Assembly: GCA_029864335.1 (NCBI GenBank)
Contig: JAOTTS010000001.1
Location: 10,338-42,337, forward strand
Length of the DNA stretch: 32,000 nt
Direction: 5' to 3'
Source: Nitrosopumilus sp.
GTDB lineage: Archaea > Thermoproteota > Nitrososphaeria > Nitrososphaerales > Nitrosopumilaceae
Shown here piece by piece: positions 9,279 through 16,241 of this stretch. How positions within the stretch are numbered: the stretch's first letter is position 1; every line of letters begins with the position of its first letter. The notes under the pieces were generated by a model. It had not been told where the DNA came from and did not search any database. It saw nothing but the letters and a program-made list of their open reading frames with translations. Position numbers and translations under genes: made by a program.

Positions 9279-9575
9279 TTGACTTTATGGGTGAGGAAAA
9301 ATGGGAAGGACATACAAAATTCAATTGTTCGTTGCGTACTCGGAACAAATGAGAACAAAGATGTTATAGTCAATCAAACTATGATGCCATTTAATGCTGG
9401 AGACATCATCAATGTGATGATGGCAGTTGAAAAAACTGGAGAAGGTCTGGGAATAGAGGCAATTAGAACCCCAGGTAGACCGCTAATTCCAAGCATCATA
9501 TTCTCTGTACATAAGATTAAGGATGGAGCAGAAGGCCGTTGGATTTCATCAGAAAAGGGTACCAAAAAAAGGTGA
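9279..9575 (+). CDS. Hypothetical protein, possibly the 3' part of a frameshifted gene that starts at 9194
   Basis: TTG-start ORF of 98 aa. A 52-aa ATG ORF (9194..9352) overlaps it in another frame. The pattern LWVRKNG....(20)..GDIINVMM...IIFSVHKI resembles the C-terminal strands of C1q/BclA-like jelly-roll domains (weak). Confidence 0.35.
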   Translation: MTLWVRKNGKDIQNSIVRCVLGTNENKDVIVNQTMMPFNAGDIINVMMAVEKTGEGLGIEAIRTPGRPLIPSIIFSVHKIKDGAEGRWISSEKGTKKR

Positions 9576-9687
9576 GTAGAATAATAACTATCCGTTTTTA
9601 TTTTTTATGAAAAAATCAATCAAGTAATTGAATCACTCCTTAAACACATTTTACTATACTCATGAACTAAAATTTATTTTGACTATT

Positions 9688-10086
9688 TTATTTTAATCCC
9701 CAAGTTACTTTGTTGCTTGGCATGATCTTCAAAAATGGTGCCTCATTTTCATCCCATGGATCTTTTCTAACCCAATCAAATTTTTTATAAAAAATATCGT
9801 AGAATTTTTTAAATTCTGGCCCGCTTTCTATAATTTCTGTTTTTCCTTGAATACAAACTGCTTTATGGTTTCCTGATTTGTATACATCAATTACAATTCC
9901 TGTATTTGGATTAGACTTGATGTTTGAACATGTTCTAGTATTGTAATCTGTGGCAACTAAAATGACCTTGTCATAGAATACAAATGAGACTGGTTTTACA
10001 TGTGGAATGTCATTGTGAGACGTCGCAATCCTTGCTTCTTCTAGTGATTCTAGAAAATCTATTTCTTTCTGATTAAATTTTATCAA
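9688..10086 (-). CDS. Pyridoxamine 5'-phosphate oxidase-like FMN/F420-binding split-barrel protein
   Basis: 132 aa. The sequence FLESLEEARIATSHNDIPHVKPVSFVFYDKVILVATDYNTRTCSNIKSNPNTGIVID is the typical PNPOx-like N-terminal pattern. TTG start, TAA stop. Confidence 0.8.
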   Translation of the reverse strand: MIKFNQKEIDFLESLEEARIATSHNDIPHVKPVSFVFYDKVILVATDYNTRTCSNIKSNPNTGIVIDVYKSGNHKAVCIQGKTEIIESGPEFKKFYDIFYKKFDWVRKDPWDENEAPFLKIMPSNKVTWGLK

Positions 10087-10324
10087 TTGAATATTCGTTC
10101 AATTGGGGTAAATTAAGCATTGAATAGCCATAATTTTATGGGAAATTAAGACTTTCTATAGCAATTAATGATTCTGGATTTTGCTATAAGTTAAAGAATG
10201 CACACATGGCGATCAATGTCATTTCCAAGAAAGTACATTTTCACGCATAGAATTTCTTTGATTTACCATACTTTGCTATTCATGTTATTACTATCAAAGT
10301 ATCATAATCATTTCATGTCAAAAA

Positions 10325-10480
10325 ATGCCTAAGAAAAATTACAAGACTCTAACAATTCATGAATCTGTTTATGATGAAGTTAGGACATACTATAAAAAAA
10401 TCAAACCGAGAAATCTAAAGACAGTTTGCGAGAAATTGAAAATAAAAAACTTGCATGAGGTTTACATTTGTCAGAGCTAA
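10325..10480 (+). CDS. 51-aa basic mini-protein
   Basis: Hand-translated as MPKKNYKTLTIHESVYDEVRTYYKKIKPRNLKTVCEKLKIKNLHEVYICQS. The N-terminus is reminiscent of a ribbon-helix-helix beta-strand (KTLTIHESVYDEV), which is weak evidence. Confidence 0.25.
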   Translation: MPKKNYKTLTIHESVYDEVRTYYKKIKPRNLKTVCEKLKIKNLHEVYICQS

Positions 10481-10508
10481 TTTTGTAAGGCTAATTGATG
10501 CATTTAAA

Positions 10509-10634
10509 ATGAGGTACAAAGATGCAATTTGCTACAAGTGTGAAAAATCCTTTGAAAGCAATATCAAAATCATTTCAAAGAGAAACTCGCATGGGAAATC
10601 TCAAAGATATTATCATGAAAAATGCTGGAAGTGA
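10509..10634 (+). CDS. 41-aa zinc-finger mini-protein
   Basis: Hand-translated as MRYKDAICYKCEKSFESNIKIISKRNSHGKSQRYYHEKCWK (CxxC ... HxxC). More protein-like than the overlapping track ORF 10522..10731. Confidence 0.3.
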   Translation: MRYKDAICYKCEKSFESNIKIISKRNSHGKSQRYYHEKCWK

Positions 10635-10819
10635 TTATTCCATTGAAGTTTGTCGAAATTACCTGCAAAAATTGTGGCAAAAAGGCAAGAATAAAGGTAG
10701 GTGGAGAACTTTGTTCCATTCTATGTATTAGGGAATGGAGAGAGGAAGTGCAATATTTCCAACTTCACAAAGACGATGCAGAGAAAAAATCAATCCTAGA
10801 GGAGTCTAGAAAATTATGA
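10622..10819 (+). CDS. 65-aa zinc-ribbon/TRASH-like mini-protein
   Basis: CKNCGKKARIKVGGELCSILC pattern. Overlaps the end of the previous mini-ORF by 13 nt in another frame. Confidence 0.35.
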   Translation: MLEVIIPLKFVEITCKNCGKKARIKVGGELCSILCIREWREEVQYFQLHKDDAEKKSILEESRKL

Positions 10820-10947
10820 GTTTTTCCTTATCCCAAGAGTGCAATCACAAGGCAGAAAAAAATTCTATACCATCTTTGATGAGGATGATTATATTCATTC
10901 CCTAGAATTGTGCCAAGAATGTGCCTTGGAATTTGGAGTGAATCAAT

Positions 10948-11158
10948 AATGTGATGTAAAGGATTTTGTAATTTCTGGAATCCTCCAACCAATTCAGGAA
11001 GATTTTGCTACAAGAACGGTTTGGTTAGGTGCTCTGAATGTGAAAAGTAGATTGAGGGGGGAAGAGTCAAAGATTTTCGTTGTCCTTGTTGCAAGAGACT
11101 AGTAAGATACTCAAGTCCAAGAAATGAAAGGAGTTTGGCAATGAAGATTAGAAATTAA
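10948..11158 (+). pseudogene. Decayed CxxxC...CxxC...CPCC zinc-ribbon gene
   Basis: Reads M-TGA-CKGFCNFWNPPTNSGRFCYKNGLVRCSECEK-TAG-IEGGRVKDFRCPCCKRL, then after a 1-nt shift VRYSSPRNERSLAMKIRN-TAA. The interruptions are TGA at 10951-10953, TAG at 11047-11049 and a frameshift near 11099-11101. Confidence 0.5.
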
Positions 11159-11162
11159 TTGT

Positions 11163-11192
11163 ATTTCATAATCCTATCTAAGATTATGAAAT
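11163..11192. repeat. Perfect 11-bp inverted repeat ATTTCATAATC-N8-GATTATGAAAT
   Basis: Read directly from the sequence. Lies 41 nt downstream of the KAP stop, between convergent genes. Shares arms and spacer length with 12475..12498. Confidence 0.8.
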
Positions 11193-11233
11193 TCTAATGT
11201 GTTAAATTTAATTATTAAAAGAATAAGATACAA

Positions 11234-12415
11234 TTATTCGAATGACTCTTTTGTTCTTGAATATAGAACATCAAAATCTAATTCTAACTGTGATACATCA
11301 ATATGAATTTCAGTGATTAATTTATGAGACAGATAGAACCATTTACGTAAATCTTCTAGTGAAGAATTGTCCGAGGCTACTTTCCCCACAATTTGCTTAA
11401 TGGATGCCCAATTATTTCCATTATTTGAAACTAATCTTCCCAAAGAATTTTCACCTTTTCGTATTATGTCTACAATTTTTATCGACATCTCGTTACCTAC
11501 AATTTCCTCAAGTAAAGTCCATAGAGTTGCTGAAATTTGATTTTCATCACTGTTTAACAGTAATTTTCTATATGCTATAAGATTCAGCATTCTCTTTATG
11601 GATCTAGGATTCCTTTTACTACAAGATACAAACATTTCTAGTAATTGTGGAGGCATTTCGTCTACTAAATCCTTAAAAAAGTCTTCAACTTCATCATAAT
11701 CGGGAACTGGAATTCCTATTCTAACTTGAAATATTTTATCTAGATATTGTTTTGCATCATTTTCATGTTTTTTATCTTTTATTGAATATTTTCTAAGCCA
11801 TGCGTTTTCTAATCGTTTATGATCAACAGCTGCAACACAAATTATGTTTTCCATGTCTAAAAATAATTTTATGATAGATAAAATTTGAAGTGAATTTTCG
11901 ACATCACAACGATCCAAATCATCAATTAAAATTACAAGTTTTTTTCCTTTTATTTTGTTTTCTATAATTTTTTGTAAATTTTCTGACAAGTTTTCTGTTA
12001 AGGTTTTTCTATCTTTTTGAAGAACATTCATTAATTCATTTGAATCAAAATTAAGAAATTGTTTGGTAAGTACAAAAGCAGCTGCTTTAACAATAGGAAT
12101 AACACTATCTCGAGAATCACTTAATTTGATTGCTAATTCTCCAATTAATCCTGCTGATGGATTAGAATACTCATATTTCCATGCTTCAAAAAATAAGAAT
12201 TCAACTTTTTCTTTATCTAATTTTTTTTCTAATGTTCTCATTATACTAGTTTTGCCACTTCCCCATTCCCCATGAATTGCAATAGACATAGGAGTTTCAA
12301 TCTCGTCCGACTGAAGAAATTTCTTTAAATTTTCTACAACCTTATCGTGTCCCAATAAAGCAGCATCAGGAGTAGGAATATCTTTTAATGGTTTAATTTT
12401 AAATTTATCCGCCAA
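11234..12415 (-). CDS. KAP-family P-loop NTPase
   Basis: 393 aa with Walker A IHGEWGSGKTS, FEAWKYEYS, Walker B LVILIDDLDRC, YLDKIFQVRIGIPVP and NPRSIKRMLNL, all KAP hallmarks. There is no obvious TM insertion between Walker A and B. TTG start with a TATA-like box about 28 nt upstream. Confidence 0.9.
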   Translation of the reverse strand: MADKFKIKPLKDIPTPDAALLGHDKVVENLKKFLQSDEIETPMSIAIHGEWGSGKTSIMRTLEKKLDKEKVEFLFFEAWKYEYSNPSAGLIGELAIKLSDSRDSVIPIVKAAAFVLTKQFLNFDSNELMNVLQKDRKTLTENLSENLQKIIENKIKGKKLVILIDDLDRCDVENSLQILSIIKLFLDMENIICVAAVDHKRLENAWLRKYSIKDKKHENDAKQYLDKIFQVRIGIPVPDYDEVEDFFKDLVDEMPPQLLEMFVSCSKRNPRSIKRMLNLIAYRKLLLNSDENQISATLWTLLEEIVGNEMSIKIVDIIRKGENSLGRLVSNNGNNWASIKQIVGKVASDNSSLEDLRKWFYLSHKLITEIHIDVSQLELDFDVLYSRTKESFE

Positions 12416-12439
12416 TATTGCATGATAATTTGATTTGGG

Positions 12440-12447
12440 TTATATTA
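12440..12447 (-). promoter_or_regulatory. TATA-like box for the KAP NTPase gene
   Basis: Minus-strand TAATATAA is centred about 28 nt upstream of the TTG start at 12415, a spacing typical of leaderless archaeal transcripts. Confidence 0.3.
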
Positions 12448-12474
12448 TGTTAATAGTTTCAATAACAGAATTTT

Positions 12475-12498
12475 TCATAATCTCCATTATGATTATGA
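12475..12498. repeat. 8-bp inverted repeat TCATAATC-N8-GATTATGA
   Basis: Read directly. Lies 60 nt upstream of the KAP start. The left arm with its flank, TTTCATAATC, is identical to the left arm of 11163..11192. Confidence 0.8.
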
Positions 12499-12582
12499 GC
12501 AAATCCACAAATAATCCAACTAGAACAAATTTGATGTTTATTTTTTCTACACGCATAAATATTTCCAAAACATCTGATAACC

Positions 12583-12759
12583 ATGACAAAAAGTCTTAGC
12601 TGTGCAGATGCTGGCAAGGAGTGTGACTGATCTGCAACCGCTCAAACAGAAGAAGAATTGATGGCAAAGGCAACTGAGCATGTCAAAGAATTTCATAAAG
12701 ATATACAAGTGACTCCTGAACTTGCTGAGAAAATTAAATCTCTCATGAAAGATGTATAA
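12583..12759 (+). pseudogene. DUF1059-type small metal-binding protein with an in-frame TGA at codon 16
   Basis: Reads MTKSLSCADAGKECD-TGA-SATAQTEEELMAKATEHVKEFHKDIQVTPELAEKIKSLMKDV. This matches the DUF1059 pattern C.d.G.dC-[aromatic]...geteeEl...a.eH....H. The TGA (12628-12630) sits where an aromatic residue (likely TGG Trp) is expected. A TATA-like ATAAATAT lies about 26 nt upstream of the ATG. Confidence 0.65.
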
Positions 12760-13063
12760 ATGAAATTCTTTTTTCTATTTTTTTCTTTGAATTAGGTATA
12801 ACTCAAATTCCTCATATTATTTGATGCAAAAATGAAATATATACAAAAAAAATTACTGAAGGGGTTTTTCCTCTTTGATTTGTTTGAATTTTGAGAATCC
12901 TTCTCTAATTGCCTCCTTGTACAGTCCGCCCATTCCAAAAGTACCACCAAAATTATAACAAATTCAATTTCAGTATCGCTTACTTCATAGACTTCAAAAA
13001 TAGACAGCCCAAATGGGACTACCAAGACAGCAAACGTAATTGCTGGGAAAACTATGGAAGGCT

Positions 13064-13240
13064 TCAAAGTTCTGATAACTCCTTTCCAAGTTCTGCAAGT
13101 TTTTTCTTCCATTGAGCGTCTTCATGAAGGGAAAATGTCTCTTGTTTGTTTTGTTTGTGAGAGTTTAATTCTTGAAGCAAAACCTCTCTTGTTTTCTTTC
13201 CAATGTGGTGAGACTTTGATTTTCCTTCTGTGATGTCCAT
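13064..13240 (-). CDS. 58-aa charged coiled-coil mini-protein (possibly longer, interrupted by TGA)
   Basis: Hand-translated as MDITEGKSKSHHIGKKTREVLLQELNSHKQNKQETFSLHEDAQWKKKLAELGKELSEL. Upstream in-frame sequence reads MTELER-TGA-ITILEKKFARIEV from an ATG at 13300. Confidence 0.35.
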   Translation of the reverse strand: MDITEGKSKSHHIGKKTREVLLQELNSHKQNKQETFSLHEDAQWKKKLAELGKELSEL

Positions 13241-13358
13241 TACCTCAATTCTTGCGAATTTCTTTTCCAGTATTGTGATTCATCTTTCTAATTCAGTCAT
13301 TAATCAGATTCTTCTTTTTTGGCAGTAATAACAGTGAGGATTTTTCTCGGATAATTTT

Positions 13359-13637
13359 TTAGGAAAATATTCGTTCTCTGATCTCTGGTATGTGTTTGTA
13401 TACGATGTCCCTTATTTTCATCTGATCTACTGTAGTTGGCACTTCTTTTTGAGAACTAAGTATTGCACCTCCCATTCCCAGGGCCATACCCATTACTATT
13501 CCATATACAAATTCTTGAGGATTTTCAACTTTGAGTGTATCTCTGTTTTCTTTAATATCTTCTAGGTAAGCTGGAATTGTTGATACTGCTCCGTTAATTA
13601 CTTGAATTATGATTTCTTCTAATGGGTCTTCGCTCAT
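13359..13637 (-). CDS. Hypothetical 92-aa protein
   Basis: The track ORF is trimmed to Met-56 (MSEDPLEEIIIQVINGAV...), because the upstream part overlaps the preceding gene. Contains a Gly/Met-rich hydrophobic segment YGIVMGMALGMGGAIL. Confidence 0.5.
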   Translation of the reverse strand: MSEDPLEEIIIQVINGAVSTIPAYLEDIKENRDTLKVENPQEFVYGIVMGMALGMGGAILSSQKEVPTTVDQMKIRDIVYKHIPEIRERIFS

Positions 13638-13692
13638 GTTGCAGATTCTATTGGAATTCTTAATAAATTTGTGTCTAAGTTTATTTAATTTG

Positions 13693-14028
13693 TTATTGCT
13701 CCGTTTCTTCTTCACCAACTGGTTCTTCAGTTGTTGACAATCCGCCAAGTGTTTTTGAGACATAATACAAATAACAAGGTTTTTCATTTCGTAACAAGTC
13801 AATCATACTTTGCAGTTTGGATTCATGTGTGTGAATAATAGTTCGCGGAGGTTTAAAATTTGTAAACTGCCTATTATCTGGAAGTCTTGATTTTTCTGCG
13901 TAAAAGTAAATTGTACCGATAGGTTGATTTTTTTCGTTACGAAGATGTATTTTTGCTGTATTTCCAGTCTTTGGATCGTCTCTATCTAAAATGAGTACTT
14001 TATAATTTGCAACTAGAATGTTATCCAT
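13693..14028 (-). CDS. Hypothetical 111-aa protein
   Basis: The track ORF is trimmed to Met-86 (MDNILVANYKVLILDRDDPKTGNTAKIHLRNEK...), since the region upstream is low quality. Acidic C-terminal tail EEPVGEEETEQ. Lies 55 nt upstream of the 92-aa ORF on the same strand. Confidence 0.55.
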   Translation of the reverse strand: MDNILVANYKVLILDRDDPKTGNTAKIHLRNEKNQPIGTIYFYAEKSRLPDNRQFTNFKPPRTIIHTHESKLQSMIDLLRNEKPCYLYYVSKTLGGLSTTEEPVGEEETEQ

Positions 14029-14568
14029 TACATTGAAGTATTTTACTAGAATAAAAATAAAAAAGAAATGATTATGACTGTCTTCAAAGTATGTCGCTGA
14101 CAATAAACTGGTCAACTGCGGTAATTGCTGTAAACAGTCCGGGGAATGCTGCAAAGTTCTGAGTAGAGTCAATGAAGGGTATCTAAAAAAAGCCTGCAAG
14201 TATTCCGATGCTAGAGAGATCACACCTAGTATAGCCCCCAAAATGACATTATTTCTCATCTTGCTTAAATCAAACCCTTCCAAGTCTGGATTATCGTTGT
14301 TTTTTCTTCAGTTAGAGAAATAGTCAAGGTAGTCCATGCGAATACAGCAAGGATATCTACTCCAAATTGAGTACATACTCCATCATAAAGAAAAATTTTC
14401 AATGTTAGGTTAAGTGATTAAAGAAAAAGTATAGATTTTGTAAATTGACTATACAGTGGAGAGATAAATATCAATAGGATGTATAGAACATACATGAAAC
14501 AAGAAAAAATACGCAAAAAACAATCCGACAATTTTAGTCGGGAAAGAATCCTGTTAGGAGTTAAAGAG

Positions 14569-14594
14569 ACAATCCTAAACTAGGATTGTTTTTC
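14569..14594 (+). terminator. 9-bp perfect hairpin (ACAATCCTA-AAC-TAGGATTGT) followed by TTTTT
   Basis: Read directly. Lies between a 34-aa plus-strand ORF (14479..14583) and the convergent minus-strand gene ending at 14609. An intrinsic-terminator-like shape is not required for archaeal termination, so the function is uncertain. Confidence 0.35.
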
Positions 14595-14608
14595 ATTCTA
14601 TTTTACAA

Positions 14609-14878
14609 TTAGTAATCACAAATGGCTTGAAATCCAGATTTATCTTCTTTCGCTCTGTTTTCTTCAAACTGTTGTGAAATGTCTGTAATGCTTTCCTGAT
14701 TGCATTTTGCACATCGGAATAGCTGAGCTTTAAACCATGACTTGTATTGGTGGTGTTTGTTTTGTCTGAATGACTCTGCAGGACACAATTCGGGTTTTAT
14801 GTTGTTTGTCATGTACTTTTTGTCTACGTGGTATAGTTTTGAGGCACAGTTCAGAGATATCACAGACATACATTGCAA
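14609..14878 (-). CDS. Small Cys-containing protein
   Basis: 89 aa, or 67 aa from the alternative Met at 14812 (MTNNIKPELCPAESF...RCAKCNQ...). A CxxC plus additional Cys. Overlapped by a competing ORF (14730..14942) in another frame. Confidence 0.4.
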   Translation of the reverse strand: MQCMSVISLNCASKLYHVDKKYMTNNIKPELCPAESFRQNKHHQYKSWFKAQLFRCAKCNQESITDISQQFEENRAKEDKSGFQAICDY

Positions 14879-15006
14879 GAATTATTTTTAATTTCTCAAA
14901 AGACATAATCTTGCTTATAAGGTCCAGAAATTTTGCAGTCATTGTTTGAACTACTAATAGTTCCTTTTGTGTTTGAGATTCAGGATCAAATGAATTTAAT
15001 TACCCC

Positions 15007-15192
15007 CTATTGCTTGCACTGATGCTTCATCACTCCAAACTGCACTCTTTTGTATTCAAACTCCACCAGTTCTTTTCTTATGGTCTGCTTTGACTTCCAA
15101 CATGTACTGCAGCGTTTTCTACCAGCTGCATAAAATGACTCATATCTTATTCTGTGGAACTTGTAATTTGAGCAGATGTTTTGACATACCAT
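15007..15192 (-). CDS. 61-aa zinc-ribbon protein related to the 10948 pseudogene family
   Basis: MVCQNICSNYKFHRIRYESFYAAGRKRCSTCW... has the same N-terminal architecture (M-x-C-x3-C ... Y..G.kRC..C) as the decayed gene at 10948. Its ATG overlaps an upstream TAA (TAATG). Confidence 0.45.
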   Translation of the reverse strand: MVCQNICSNYKFHRIRYESFYAAGRKRCSTCWKSKQTIRKELVEFEYKRVQFGVMKHQCKQ

Positions 15193-15616
15193 TATTCTAT
15201 GTCATTAATGCCAAGTTCATGGCAAATCAAAAGAAAATACTGCAACCCGTCTGATGTTGAATCATTCATAGTGCAATCAATGACATATCTAATACATCTA
15301 ACATGTTCCTTACATCATTAATTCCATTTTGTGAATTCTATTTTCATTTTCTTTGAACAGGCTTCTGCAAGAGTGGTCATCTATTGTAAGTAATGATACT
15401 CTATTCTTCTTTAGTGTAGACTCAAAGATGGGGTTTGATTTGAAATCAACCCTTGTGCCGTGTTTGTAGTTTACCTCTCTGTTTTAAGATACAAGGTTAG
15501 ACAAGTGAAGATAGTGAATGTATTTCTGTTTTTTCAATGTGAGGATGTTTTGTATTTATAACACAGAGTCAGTTTTAGCGCCTAATATTTTTAATCTAGC
15601 CTTCCGGAGTAAGAGC

Positions 15617-16018
15617 ATGTTCTCACTTTTTACTACTACTGAGGCAAACGCGGCACTTCCTGATGTAATAAAAAAATTTGAATATGCCCTGTCAAAAAAG
15701 AATGAAGTTTCAAAAATGGAACAACAACTTCAGGTGAGTCTTTCAACTACTAATTCATTTGAAGAATTTATCACATTAAAGCAGAAATTAAATTCGGCAG
15801 TTACAAAATTCTATGAGGCAGTAGAAATCCTAGAAAACACTGGTGTTTCAGTTAAAAGTATTGAACAGGGATTACTGGATTTTCCTTCAAAGAGGTTTGA
15901 TGAGGAAGTATGGTTGTGTTGGAAATACGGCGAGACAGAAATAAAATTCTGGCATGAGAAAGATTCTGGCTTTTTGGGTAGAAAACCAATTGAAGTTAAT
16001 GATGAGTCCTTAGTTTGA
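15617..16018 (+). CDS. DUF2203-family protein
   Basis: Trimmed to MFSLFTTTEANAALPDV.... The C-terminal GVSVKSIEQGLLDFPSKRFDEEVWLCWKYGETEIKFWHEKDSGFLGRKPI matches the DUF2203 signature (G..vK....GLvDFp......v.LCW..GE..I.yWH....GF.GR.pi). Confidence 0.75.
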   Translation: MFSLFTTTEANAALPDVIKKFEYALSKKNEVSKMEQQLQVSLSTTNSFEEFITLKQKLNSAVTKFYEAVEILENTGVSVKSIEQGLLDFPSKRFDEEVWLCWKYGETEIKFWHEKDSGFLGRKPIEVNDESLV

Positions 16019-16241
16019 CTAGTATTCACTTGCTTTTTTTATAAAATTATGGACATCAGTTGTTTTGGATGGTTTTGATGAATCTAGTTTTCAGAGTTGG
16101 GTTTAGTTACAGAGTATCTTCTATAATGACTACTTTTCTCTTGGCTTGATAAATGAGACTGGTACAATGAGTGCCATAGTCTTACCATTTGCTGTTCCTC
16201 CTACAATAAGCATGATTGGGAGGAGGAAGCGACATAATGTT

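Noticed and set aside
10522-10731. 69-aa track ORF
   Set aside because: The overlapping frames 10509..10634 and 10622..10819 carry the CxxC/HxxC motifs. This frame looks like their shadow.
12628-12630. Selenocysteine or genome-wide TGA recoding as an explanation for the in-frame TGAs
   Set aside because: TGA terminates several confident genes in this window (16523..17419, 17443..18558, rpoK, 1370..1579). I see no SECIS-like hairpin in the 3' region of the DUF1059 gene. Other interrupted frames also carry TAG or TAA.
12792-13115. Track ORFs 12792..13112 (-) and 12909..13115 (+)
   Set aside because: They overlap the better-looking 13064..13240 frame and each other. The minus ORF has one helix-like stretch but then decays into low complexity. 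A third frame shows GGTFGMGGLYKEAIREGFSKFKQIKEEKPLQ, but it is preceded by four TGAs in 11 codons. I cannot pick a real gene here.
14730-14942. 70-aa track ORF overlapping 14609..14878
   Set aside because: It competes with a frame that carries the Cys motifs, and I cannot resolve which is real. It might reflect yet another frameshift, but the evidence is too thin.
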